NCBI GenBank assembly: GCA_965221375.1
Contig: OZ244883.1
Span: 64,071-128,070 of the forward strand
From: an uncultured candidatus Porisulfidus sp.
GTDB taxonomy: Bacteria > Pseudomonadota > Gammaproteobacteria > Poriferisulfidales > Poriferisulfidaceae
DNA length: 64,000 nt
Reading direction: 5' to 3'
The position numbers were made by a program, and so were the translations under genes. Positions 28,286-37,387 of this stretch are shown in pieces. The number at the start of each line of letters is the position of its first letter. Position 1 is the first letter of the stretch. Under the pieces are notes generated by a model. It made no database searches, was not told the origin of the DNA, and was given only the letters and a program-made list of their open reading frames with translations.

Positions 28286-30298
28286 TTACAGTAGCGGCGC
28301 GATTACCAGGCTTACGATCGCCATCACGTTGATCAGAATGTTCATGGACGGTCCGGACGTGTCCTTGAACGGATCACCCACCGTATCGCCCACCACACAC
28401 GCATGGTGTGCATCCGAACCTTTCCCGCCATGATGGCCGCGTTCGATGTACTTCTTGGCGTTGTCCCAGGCACCACCGGCATTGGCCATCATCAAGGCCA
28501 GCAACACGCAGCCCAACAACGCACCACCGAGCATGCCGCCCAGTGATTCCGGGCCCAGTCCAAAACCGACCACGACCGGGGCAACGACCGCCAAGGCACC
28601 CGGAGGCGCCATGCGCCACAGTGCCGCGCGCGTTGCAATATCCACACAGCGCACCGTATCCGGTTTGGCGGAACCTTCCAGCAGTCCGGGGATTTCCTTG
28701 AACTGCCGGCGAATTTCCTGAATCATCTCAAACGCGGCATCCCCGACCGCCGACATGGTCATTGCGGCCACCAAAAACGGAAACACCCCGCCGATGAACA
28801 GCCCGATCAAGACCCGCGGATCGTTCAGTTGCAATTGGATGGAACCTCCGTGCCCATGGCTGACTTCCGCAAGAAACGCCGTGATGATCGCCAACGCCGC
28901 CAGCGCCGCCGCACCAATTGCAAAACCCTTACCAATCGCCGCCGTGGTATTACCGACCTCATCCAAGGTATCCGTAATCCGCCGCGTCTCTTCACCCAAC
29001 TCCGCCATCTCTGCGATGCCTCCGGCGTTGTCCGCGACCGGGCCGTAGGCATCAATCGCCATTGTGATTCCGACGGTCGCCAACATCCCGACCGCCGCGA
29101 TGCCCACGCCGTAAAGGCCTGCTGAGAGGTGTGAAAAATAGATGATCGCCGCAATGGACAACACCGGTATCGCAACCGAGCGCATGCCGGTCGCCAATCC
29201 GCGGATCATGACGGTCGCAGAACCGGTTTCAGCGGCCTCGGCAATGCGTTTGACCGGATTGCCGGCGGTGAAATACTCGGTCACCAAACCGATGATGATT
29301 CCTCCAATCGCTCCCGACAGCACCGCAATCCAGATGCCGAACGCCAGTTCCAGCAAATGCACCGCCAAATACGACGCCCCGATAAACAGTACCGCCGCAC
29401 CAAACGTGCCCATCCGCAACGCCACTTCGGGCTTGGACTGGACGCGGATGCGCACCAGCAAGATGCCCAGAATGGAACAGATCATGCCAATCGACGCCAT
29501 CCCCAAAGGCAGGAACATCAATGTCGCCTGCGGACCTAAACCCATTAATTCCGCTGCCGGCAACGCCGAGGCCAAGGCAATCGTCGCGATGATCGACCCG
29601 CAATAAGACTCAAAAATATCGGACCCCATGCCGGCGACATCGCCGACGTTGTCGCCGACGTTGTCCGCAATTACCCCGGGGTTACGGGGATCGTCTTCCG
29701 GAATGCCGGCTTCGATTTTTCCGACCAGATCCGCGCCCACGTCGGCGCATTTGGTGTAAATGCCGCCTCCGACACGGGAGAACAATGCCACCGAAGAGGC
29801 GCCCATGCCAAACCCGTGAATAATGTTGGCGGTCTCAGGGTCCTGCCCGAAAATCAGATACAGCGCACCCAGCCCCAGCAATCCGACGGCTGCGATGGTC
29901 AGGCCCATGATGGACCCTCCGTAGAACGCCAGCGACAACGCGGTCGGCGCCCCGGCCATATTGGCGGCTACTGCCGTGCGCACATTTGCGCGAGTCGCCG
30001 TGTACATCCCGATGAAACCGGCCAATGAAGAGCAAAACGCGCCGGTCAAGAACGCCGCCATGGTGTTCACGCCCAAATCGGACAGCGCCACCGCCACCGC
30101 CACGACGGCCACAAACACATACATCACAAAGTATTCGCGACGCATAAACGTCATCGTGCCCTGTTGGATTTCGCGAGCGATCTCCGCCACACGGCCATGT
30201 CCGGCCGGGTAACGCAAAATAATGCGATACAGAATGAAAGCGGCCAGCAAGCCGACCGCGCCAAGTACCAAGGGTGTTTGTTCCAGGGTGGTATTCAA
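28286..30298 (-). CDS. hppA: membrane-bound proton-translocating pyrophosphatase
   Basis: 670 aa with [18 protein letters not shown] and DNVGDNVGD signature motifs. Confidence 0.9.
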   Translation of the reverse strand: MNTTLEQTPLVLGAVGLLAAFILYRIILRYPAGHGRVAEIAREIQQGTMTFMRREYFVMYVFVAVVAVAVALSDLGVNTMAAFLTGAFCSSLAGFIGMYTATRANVRTAVAANMAGAPTALSLAFYGGSIMGLTIAAVGLLGLGALYLIFGQDPETANIIHGFGMGASSVALFSRVGGGIYTKCADVGADLVGKIEAGIPEDDPRNPGVIADNVGDNVGDVAGMGSDIFESYCGSIIATIALASALPAAELMGLGPQATLMFLPLGMASIGMICSILGILLVRIRVQSKPEVALRMGTFGAAVLFIGASYLAVHLLELAFGIWIAVLSGAIGGIIIGLVTEYFTAGNPVKRIAEAAETGSATVMIRGLATGMRSVAIPVLSIAAIIYFSHLSAGLYGVGIAAVGMLATVGITMAIDAYGPVADNAGGIAEMAELGEETRRITDTLDEVGNTTAAIGKGFAIGAAALAALAIITAFLAEVSHGHGGSIQLQLNDPRVLIGLFIGGVFPFLVAAMTMSAVGDAAFEMIQEIRRQFKEIPGLLEGSAKPDTVRCVDIATRAALWRMAPPGALAVVAPVVVGFGLGPESLGGMLGGALLGCVLLALMMANAGGAWDNAKKYIERGHHGGKGSDAHHACVVGDTVGDPFKDTSGPSMNILINVMAIVSLVIAPLL

Positions 30299-30331
30299 AA
30301 CGTCATCTCCTGTGAGCGAAAAAGCGACCGA

Positions 30332-30562
30332 TCAGCCGCCGGTGACGGGTGGGAAAAAGGCGATTTCATCGCCGTCTTCAATGAGGGTATCGAAAGGCGC
30401 ATAGCGACCATTGACGGCCGCACGTACTGTGGCATCCGGTTCTTGCTGGGTTTGGGTCCGCCAGACATCCCACACCGTGCTTAAGTCGTTTTTGGATACC
30501 TCCGCGCTTCCATAACCGATCTGGTCACGCAAGCTGGAGAAAAAAAGAACCGTGATACTCAC
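30332..30562 (-). CDS. moaD: MoaD/ThiS-family sulfur-carrier protein
   Basis: 76 aa from a GTG start, ending ...DGDEIAFFPPVTGG, the canonical MoaD C-terminus. Confidence 0.5.
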   Translation of the reverse strand: MSITVLFFSSLRDQIGYGSAEVSKNDLSTVWDVWRTQTQQEPDATVRAAVNGRYAPFDTLIEDGDEIAFFPPVTGG

Positions 30563-30767
30563 AAGCAACACACTCAAAACTGATGCTAATTTTACCCGCC
30601 TTGACCCTTCGCAGCCTATAAAGGGAATTATAAAGACCACTTGCCAAGCCTCTGGCATGTCAGTTTCAAAAGTTTTCTGCGGAATTTACAGCTCCGGATG
30701 TTGGGCCGGAGTATTTCGGAACCACACAGCTTCTGCAGATACTGCAACAAACGACTATAATAGGATC

Positions 30768-30827
30768 CTACCCCCCTTGTGGTTTCGGCCGCTTGGTGCG
30801 GAGCCTCTTCGGAGGCTCCTGCTTTTT
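30768..30827 (+). ncRNA. candidate small RNA, array copy 1 (C-rich 5' end, intrinsic terminator)
   Basis: Runs from the predicted transcription start 7 nt after the TATAAT box to the end of the U tract. The sequence is conserved across the copies more strongly than the upstream region. Confidence 0.35.
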
Positions 30828-30954
30828 AAGCAGGCCTCGTTCGTGCCAGGTTTCAAAAATTTTCTGCGGAATTTACAGCCCCGGATGTGGTGACAGGGTG
30901 TCCCGGGACCAAACAACTCCTGAAAATACTGCCACAAACGACTATAATAGAGCC

Positions 30955-31015
30955 TCACCCCCCTTGTGGTTTCTTGCCGCTTGGTGCGGAGCCTCTTCGG
31001 AGGCTCCTGCTTTTT
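30955..31015 (+). ncRNA. candidate small RNA, array copy 2
   Basis: Same architecture as copy 1. Confidence 0.35.
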
Positions 31016-31142
31016 CAAGCATCCCTTTTTCTGCCAAGCTACGAAATTTTTCTGCAGGATTTACAGCCCCGGATATTGCGACAGAGTATTTCGAAGTCGA
31101 ACGGCTCTTGAATATACTGCAGCGAACTGCTACAATAAATTT

Positions 31143-31203
31143 CAACCCCCCTTGTGGCTTCTGGCCGCTTGGTGCGGAGCCTCTTCGGAGGCTCCTGCTT
31201 TTT
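31143..31203 (+). ncRNA. candidate small RNA, array copy 3
   Basis: Same architecture as copy 1, with a TACAAT -10 box. Confidence 0.35.
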
Positions 31204-31330
31204 AAGCAGGCCTCTTTCGCGCCAAGTTTCGAATTTTTTCTGCAGAATTTACAACCCCGGATGTTCCGGCGAGATGTTTTGGGACCAAACAACCCTTGCA
31301 GATACTGCGACAAACGACTACAATAGCACC

Positions 31331-31390
31331 CTACCCCCCTAGCGGTTTCGGCCGCAGGATGCGGAGCCTCCTCGGGGGCTCCTGCTTTTT
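31331..31390 (+). ncRNA. candidate small RNA, array copy 4; its terminator ends 15 nt before the NYN gene start
   Basis: Same architecture as copy 1. The hairpin carries a wobble-preserving change (CUCG loop, U-G pair). Confidence 0.35.
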
Positions 31391-31404
31391 CATGATGAGC
31401 AAAA

Positions 31405-32028
31405 ATGCGCACGGCCGTCTATGTAGACGGGTTCAATCTGTACTACGGGGCACTAAAGAACACGAATTTTAAGTGGTTGGATTTGGTGGCGCTGTTTGAG
31501 AAGATTCTCGCACCTCACCATCAAATCGTCGCAGTCAAATACTTCACGGCCAGAGTCTCGGAAACAGACCGAAACCCGTTAGCACCTCGGCGCCAAGACA
31601 TTTACCTGCAGGCACTGTGCCACTACCGGCCGCACGTAAAGGTGTATTTTGGACACTTTTTGACCAATCGCGTCCGAATGCCACTCGCACAGCCGATCAA
31701 AAACCCGCACATAGTGAAAGTGATAAAAAGGGAGGAAAAAGGCTCGGACGTGAATCTTGCCGTGCATCTCTTGAATGACAGCTGGCTGGACCTCTATGAC
31801 TGTGCGGTAGTAGTGAGTAGCGACAGTGACCTTGCGGAAGCGATGCGCCTGACCAAGGAACAGCATGGCAAGCACATTGGTTTGTTAACTCCGGGCCACC
31901 GCCGCACATCCATGCGATTGGAAAAACATGCCCACTTCATACGACACATACGAGAAAGCGCATTATCAAAGTCGCAGCTTCCAGACCCAATCCCCGGCAC
32001 GAGCCTCAACAAGCCTGAAAGTTGGTAG
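31405..32028 (+). CDS. NYN-domain (LabA-like) predicted ribonuclease
   Basis: MRTAVYVDGFNLYYGA... with conserved Asp residues (VVSSDSDL) of the PIN-like NYN fold. GC is about 51%. Confidence 0.7.
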   Translation: MRTAVYVDGFNLYYGALKNTNFKWLDLVALFEKILAPHHQIVAVKYFTARVSETDRNPLAPRRQDIYLQALCHYRPHVKVYFGHFLTNRVRMPLAQPIKNPHIVKVIKREEKGSDVNLAVHLLNDSWLDLYDCAVVVSSDSDLAEAMRLTKEQHGKHIGLLTPGHRRTSMRLEKHAHFIRHIRESALSKSQLPDPIPGTSLNKPESW

Positions 32029-32107
32029 GGTAATCGGTCGAACACCGAAGCATCGCGGACGCAATGGAACAAATTTGCTCTGGATTAAGGCCGGCGCCCT
32101 GAAGATC

Positions 32108-33037
32108 TTATTGGCCGTACTGCGTTTGATACTCTTGAACAAGATCCGCCTTACGAAACCCCGGAACCGCCGTCGCTGTTCGCAGCGCCAAATTTTCATA
32201 GTCAATATTCAACAAGCGCTCGCGCACGATCGCTTGTTGGCCGGTTGCCGATGTGACGGAAAATAGCATCCACTGTTTATTCCGTTCACAGTTCGCCGCT
32301 TCCGTCTCGCGACGCCGATAGTCCTGCCAACCCTGGCAGGGCACCGCAAAATCAAAAGGCTGATCAAAAACTTTCAGGGCTCCTTGCGTGTTGTTGTATT
32401 GCCGAATTTCAAAGTGAGGATGAGTGATTGGCAAGGGCTGAAACAGCCGCTGATTCTCAAGATTACAAGGGCTGCGCGTCCAAACCTGAAACTCCGTATT
32501 GACAGCATAAGGATTGCCATTGGCCAGGCGAAATGCTTTGCGAGGCAGCGTCTTGCGACAGATTAATTGCAGATCGCTGTCCAGTTGCTTGTGAATAGCG
32601 AACTTGCGAAAACACACCGGCACAATAAAGGCGACCGTATCGGCCACTTGCGCTGCCTGATTGACAAACGCGACCGCCAGTTTTCCGCGTGCACCGAATG
32701 GAGGATTGCCAATCACCACGCGCTGCCTTTTAGGGGTCGACAATTGCGCCGGCTCCCACACCAGAAAATCCTGTGCGCAGACGCCCGCACAATGAGGCAT
32801 CAGATCCAGGCCGGTGCGTCGATCTTTCGGCAGCAAGTCAAAAAACGCCCCATCCCCCGCTGCCGGCTCAATAAACCAAATCTGCTTTGGATCGACCGGC
32901 AACACATTCAGTAAAGTCGCAAAACAGTCCGCCGCAACGGCGGGACTCGTATAAAACTGGTCCAATCGCCGCCGGAAATCCATGTTTGACTGTGTACCGC
33001 CTACTTTTGGCATGTTGTTTAATCCCGATATTTCCAA
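32108..33037 (-). CDS. gamma-class N6-adenine-type methyltransferase (probable DNA MTase)
   Basis: Motif I FIEPAAGDGAFF and motif IV VIGNPPFG, 309 aa. Convergent with the NYN gene. Confidence 0.55.
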   Translation of the reverse strand: MEISGLNNMPKVGGTQSNMDFRRRLDQFYTSPAVAADCFATLLNVLPVDPKQIWFIEPAAGDGAFFDLLPKDRRTGLDLMPHCAGVCAQDFLVWEPAQLSTPKRQRVVIGNPPFGARGKLAVAFVNQAAQVADTVAFIVPVCFRKFAIHKQLDSDLQLICRKTLPRKAFRLANGNPYAVNTEFQVWTRSPCNLENQRLFQPLPITHPHFEIRQYNNTQGALKVFDQPFDFAVPCQGWQDYRRRETEAANCERNKQWMLFSVTSATGQQAIVRERLLNIDYENLALRTATAVPGFRKADLVQEYQTQYGQ

Positions 33038-33094
33038 TTAGTATGCCATACCCCCGCTATTGCTAAAATTTCGGAAATCTTCCAAAAACTTTGA

Positions 33095-34687
33095 TTGTAT
33101 TCTTCGCAAATCAACAAAGACTCCCTGATGCAGAATCTTGAGATCAATCCCCAATTTGCACGGGCACTGGAATCTCTGGAGCACGGCGACAAGCCATTGT
33201 TGATTACCGGCAAGGCCGGCACCGGGAAATCGACATTGCTGGAACATTTCCGCACTCATGCCGACACCACCCCGGTCGTGCTCGCACCCACGGGGGTAGC
33301 CGCGCTCAATGTGCGAGGACAAACCGTGCACCGGTTTTTTGAATTCCGCCCGGGTATTACCCCGGAAAAAATTCGCACATCCAAACGCAAACTGCGTCAA
33401 CCCGAACTGTACAAAAAACTGACCACGATCATTGTCGACGAAGCTTCCATGCTGCGGGCGGATGTGCTGGACTGCATCGATGTCTTTCTGCGCAAACACG
33501 GGCCCACCTCAAACCAGCCTTTCGGTGGCGTGCGCATGGTTTTTGTGGGAGACCTTTACCAACTGCCTCCCGTCGTCACCAAGGACGAAAGGGAAATCTT
33601 CAAGACGTTTTATAAAACTCCTTACTTTTTCAGTGCCCATGCCTTGGAAGATCTGCAGATCGACATCATCGAATTGCTGAAAGTCTATCGCCAGCGCGAT
33701 GCGGAATTCATTGAGCTTTTGGACCGCATCCGCAAGAACACAACCGAAGCGGAAGACCTGGATCGCATCAACAGCCTGGTCGATGAGCACTTTGATCCTT
33801 CGGACGAGGACTTTTATCTCACTTTAACCGCCACCAATCATCGTGCAGACCGAATCAACCGGCATTATTTGGATGCCTTGCCCGGCAAGCCTCAAATGGC
33901 ACTGGCGGATGTCCAGGGTGAATTCAAAAGCAGTGATTTCCCCACCGATGAAGAGTTGATGTTCAAGGAAGGTGCGCGCATCATGCTGCTGAACAATGAT
34001 GGGCGCGGTCGCTGGGTCAACGGCAGCATCGGGCAGATTTTGGAGGTCACCCATAATGACGACGACGAACCCTTGATCGTTGTACAACTGTATAAGCCTG
34101 AAAAGATTGTGGAGGTGAGCCCCCACACTTGGGAAGTCACACGTTTTTACCTGGATGGCAAAAAAATCGGCACCGAGACAGTCGGTCGATTCAAGCAGTT
34201 GCCGTTCCGCCTGTCATGGGCCGTCACCATTCACAAAAGCCAAGGCAAGACTTTCGACCGCCTGATTTTTGATTTGGATCGCCCTGCTTTTGAATACGGG
34301 CAGACGTATGTGGGGCTGAGCCGATGCACTTCCTTTGAAGGGATTGTGTTGCGCCGGCCCATCTCCGCTTCTTCCATCCGTACGGATCGACGGGTTCAGA
34401 AATTTGTGACCGGCTACCACTACCGGCGCTCGGAAGAGGAAATGCCGTTGGAGAAAAAGGTTGAAAAAATTCGCACCGCCATCGCAACCGAATCCTCGCT
34501 AGCCATCACTTATTTGAAAGCCAACGACACGCAAAGTGAACGTACGATCAAACCGGAGAGAGTCGGCCCACACTTATACGACGACCGCGAATTCCTTGGA
34601 GTCAGCGGATTCTGTTTGCTGCGTCAAGCCAATCGCTCTTTCCGGGTAGACCGCATCCTTAAATTGGAGATCGTCTCCAACGCATAA
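33095..34687 (+). CDS. PIF1/RecD2-like SF1B helicase with a C-terminal WYL-like domain
   Basis: Walker A ITGKAGTGKST, IVDEASML, VGDLYQLPPV, TIHKSQGKTFD and YVGLSRCTS. The C-terminus ...FCLLRQANRSFRVDRIL resembles WYL. Confidence 0.7.
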   Translation: MYSSQINKDSLMQNLEINPQFARALESLEHGDKPLLITGKAGTGKSTLLEHFRTHADTTPVVLAPTGVAALNVRGQTVHRFFEFRPGITPEKIRTSKRKLRQPELYKKLTTIIVDEASMLRADVLDCIDVFLRKHGPTSNQPFGGVRMVFVGDLYQLPPVVTKDEREIFKTFYKTPYFFSAHALEDLQIDIIELLKVYRQRDAEFIELLDRIRKNTTEAEDLDRINSLVDEHFDPSDEDFYLTLTATNHRADRINRHYLDALPGKPQMALADVQGEFKSSDFPTDEELMFKEGARIMLLNNDGRGRWVNGSIGQILEVTHNDDDEPLIVVQLYKPEKIVEVSPHTWEVTRFYLDGKKIGTETVGRFKQLPFRLSWAVTIHKSQGKTFDRLIFDLDRPAFEYGQTYVGLSRCTSFEGIVLRRPISASSIRTDRRVQKFVTGYHYRRSEEEMPLEKKVEKIRTAIATESSLAITYLKANDTQSERTIKPERVGPHLYDDREFLGVSGFCLLRQANRSFRVDRILKLEIVSNA

Positions 34688-34830
34688 ATGATTCCTTGCC
34701 CTGCAAACGTGCCGGAGATAACGATTGAGAATTGAGAAGAAGTACAATATTTGGATGCGCCGCTGGCGGGCCGCCCACTCATAACACTCATGCCGCTCCT
34801 TGAACAAGGATGCCCCTCTGACTTAATCGC

Positions 34831-36345
34831 ATGACAGACTGTCGCCCCACTATCCTGGTCGTCTTGGACGGCGTCGGCATCAACCCGGATGTGCAGCACA
34901 ACGCTTTGGCCCAGGCGCACACTCCGAACTTGGATGCATTGTTTGCCGAAGGCGCTTTCACCACATTAAATGCCAGTGGCCCCGCAGTGGGTTTGCCCGA
35001 AGGCCAGATGGGCAACTCGGAAGTCGGTCACGTCATCATGGGTTGCGGAGATATTGTGCTGCAGGATCTGATGCGGATTGACGAAAGTATTCAAGACGGC
35101 TCGTTTTATGAAAACCCCGTTTTGCGCGATGCCATACGTGAGACGCTCGCGCGTCGCAGTCGACTGCACTTGCTGGGCCTTGTATCGGATGGCGGCGTGC
35201 ACTCGCACATTACCCACTTGCTGGCTCTGATTGAACTGAGTCGCCGCGAGGGAGCGCAGCCGCACGTGCATATGATTACGGATGGTCGTGACGTGCCCCC
35301 GCGTTCCGCTTTGCAGTGGTTGCCGGATGTTGAAGATGCCCTGGATAAAGCGGGAGGTGCGATTGATACGGTGTGCGGACGCTACTATGCGATGGACCGC
35401 GACCGCCGTTGGAGCCGCACCCAGCGGGCTTTCGATGCTATTGCCCACAACCGCGGCCACACCGCACCCAATGCCCGCGCCGCCATTGAACAGGCCTATG
35501 CTCAAGATTTGGGTGATGAATTTATCGAGCCGACGGTTATGCCGACTGCCGCTCCTTTGGCAGAAGGGGATATCGGCATATTTTTCAATTTCCGCAACGA
35601 CCGACCTCGTCAGTTGGCCGAAAGTCTGAACACCGCGATTTTTAGCGAATTTGACCGGGGCGCGTACACCCCTATGAAGCTGGTCACCATGACCGAGTTC
35701 CACCCGGATTACGATGCGCCCATCGCGTTTGAAGAAAAGGTGCCCTCTATTACCTTGGCGGAGATCCTCAGCCAGCAAGGTATTCCTCAATTACGTTGTG
35801 CGGAGACGGAAAAATACCCGCACGTCACTTTCTTCTTCAATGGGGGGCGCGAAAAACCGTGGCCGGGCGAGCAGCGGGTGATGTTGCCTTCACCGGATGT
35901 CGCCACCTACGACCTTTGTCCGCAGATGAATGCGGAAGGTGTCGCGGATGCGGTCGTCGATGCCATTCACAGTCGCCAGTACGGCTTCATTCTTGTGAAC
36001 TTCGCCAATGCTGACATGGTGGGACACACGGCACAGCAGAGCGCCATTATCCAGGCGATTGAAGCGCTTGATGTTCAGGTCGGACGTATTGTTGAGGCTG
36101 CCCGTGCACAGGACATGGCGCTTATTTTGACGGCCGACCATGGTAATTGCGACGAGATGGTCGATGCAGAAGGTCAGCCGCACACCCAGCATACGATGCA
36201 TCCCGTGCCCTGCGTTGTGCAGGACGGCACCGCGCATGAATTACGCGCGGATGGCGGCTTGGGTAACGTTGCCCCGACCGTATTGGATCTGATGGGTTTA
36301 GAAAAACCGCCGGAAATGCGGCAGTCGAGTTTGCTGGTTCACTGA
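34831..36345 (+). CDS. gpmI: 2,3-bisphosphoglycerate-independent phosphoglycerate mutase
   Basis: 504 aa iPGM with the metal-binding Ser region ...NSEVGH.... Core-like GC. Confidence 0.9.
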   Translation: MTDCRPTILVVLDGVGINPDVQHNALAQAHTPNLDALFAEGAFTTLNASGPAVGLPEGQMGNSEVGHVIMGCGDIVLQDLMRIDESIQDGSFYENPVLRDAIRETLARRSRLHLLGLVSDGGVHSHITHLLALIELSRREGAQPHVHMITDGRDVPPRSALQWLPDVEDALDKAGGAIDTVCGRYYAMDRDRRWSRTQRAFDAIAHNRGHTAPNARAAIEQAYAQDLGDEFIEPTVMPTAAPLAEGDIGIFFNFRNDRPRQLAESLNTAIFSEFDRGAYTPMKLVTMTEFHPDYDAPIAFEEKVPSITLAEILSQQGIPQLRCAETEKYPHVTFFFNGGREKPWPGEQRVMLPSPDVATYDLCPQMNAEGVADAVVDAIHSRQYGFILVNFANADMVGHTAQQSAIIQAIEALDVQVGRIVEAARAQDMALILTADHGNCDEMVDAEGQPHTQHTMHPVPCVVQDGTAHELRADGGLGNVAPTVLDLMGLEKPPEMRQSSLLVH

Positions 36346-36413
36346 GTCGGTTTGTTTCTTGCTTGTTGTCAAAATGTCTGGGTTTCACAGTTTTGAAGTC
36401 TCTAAAATCTGCA

Positions 36414-36908
36414 TCAATCACAAGCATCCGCATTTACTCGTAGATATTCGTTGATAAATTGGTCTGTATACTCGGAAACATATTGCAGAATAAATCCACC
36501 ATCTCCGCCGTGGGTTCCAGTGCCCCCACTGTTCCATATTGCCGCGGAGCCGTAACCAAGTGTTGGTCTGCGTACTAAAGTTATGAAATCAAAGGATATG
36601 CTATACCCTCTCCCAACAACATTCACATTCACGTATATCCAAAATTCAGCTCCGATGAGGTCAGAATCGTAAATTCCAGCCACTCTTAATCTGCTTTCTA
36701 CGGCAGTCTGGATCCTTTCTTTTGTCAAACCAATTTCTTTCGCGTCCTCGGGTAACTCTTCCACAGCCAAGCCAATTGGTTGACAATCGTTCCATAGCTT
36801 GAACCTGTCACGAACGCTCACTTCTTCCGTCGCCCATGTCGGCGTCCCGGCTAGCACCATCAGAAACAGGGCGCATCTAATTCGACTATGGGAATAAGGC
36901 GATTTCAT
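36414..36908 (-). CDS. secreted hypothetical protein (signal peptide)
   Basis: 164 aa with an N-terminal signal peptide, in low-GC DNA between the two copies of the gpmI 3' end. Confidence 0.4.
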   Translation of the reverse strand: MKSPYSHSRIRCALFLMVLAGTPTWATEEVSVRDRFKLWNDCQPIGLAVEELPEDAKEIGLTKERIQTAVESRLRVAGIYDSDLIGAEFWIYVNVNVVGRGYSISFDFITLVRRPTLGYGSAAIWNSGGTGTHGGDGGFILQYVSEYTDQFINEYLRVNADACD

Positions 36909-37092
36909 GGCTAATTATCAAACGTTCTTTTAGTTGAAGGTAGTCGATTAGCGGTGTAGATACCAAACCATTCCCTACAGCCGACATGATTATCTCACAA
37001 AAATTAAACTGGAAAACTTGTCATGACTGCACTCTAATTATTGAATGATTATTTTCTGTCGCAAATCAAGTTCTAGGATTCTGTCAGAAATT

Positions 37093-37333
37093 ATAGAGAA
37101 AGAGAAACGGCCGACCACGGTAATTGTGATGAGATGGTCAATGTGAAAGGTCAGTCGCATGCTCGACATACGATGCATCCCGTGCCCCGCGTTGTATAGG
37201 ATGGCTCCCCGCATGAATTACGCACGGACAGTGGTTTGGGCAACGTTGCCCCCACCGTATTGGATTTGATGGGCTTAGAAAAACCGCCGGAAATGCGGCA
37301 GTCGAGTTTGCTAATTCACTGAGTTGGTTTGTG
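37093..37333 (+). pseudogene. decayed duplicate of the gpmI 3' end (about 85% identical to 36129-36356), an attachment-site-like island boundary
   Basis: An ungapped, eye-aligned nucleotide match over about 235 bp. It carries an in-frame TAG where the intact copy has CAG and lacks the upstream part of the gene. Confidence 0.7.
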
Positions 37334-37387
37334 ATGTGATAGGGAATTATTAAGGGGTTTATATATTTAAATTTTGTCGAAGATGGC

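Larger units (their letters stand above)
30655..31395 (+). repeat. tandem array of four roughly 187-188 bp direct repeats, each a promoter-like box plus a conserved segment plus a terminator hairpin
   Basis: The -10 boxes lie at 30756, 30943, 31131 and 31319 (TATAAT, TATAAT, TACAAT, TACAAT). The hairpin GGAGCCTC-TTCG-GAGGCTCC followed by TGCTTTTT recurs at 30800, 30988, 31176 and 31363; in copy 4 the stem is kept by a U-A to U-G change. Confidence 0.8.

Noticed and set aside
30650-31395. Possible CRISPR array
   Set aside because: The repeat period is about 187 bp with internal promoter and terminator architecture. There are no short 25-40 bp repeats with unique spacers and no cas genes.
30552-31412. 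ORFs of 113, 177, 79, 62 and 156 aa spanning the tandem repeat array
   Set aside because: They consist of repeated peptide segments produced by reading through direct DNA repeats that lack stops. Each repeat unit instead shows promoter and terminator architecture, and there is no RBS or start context.
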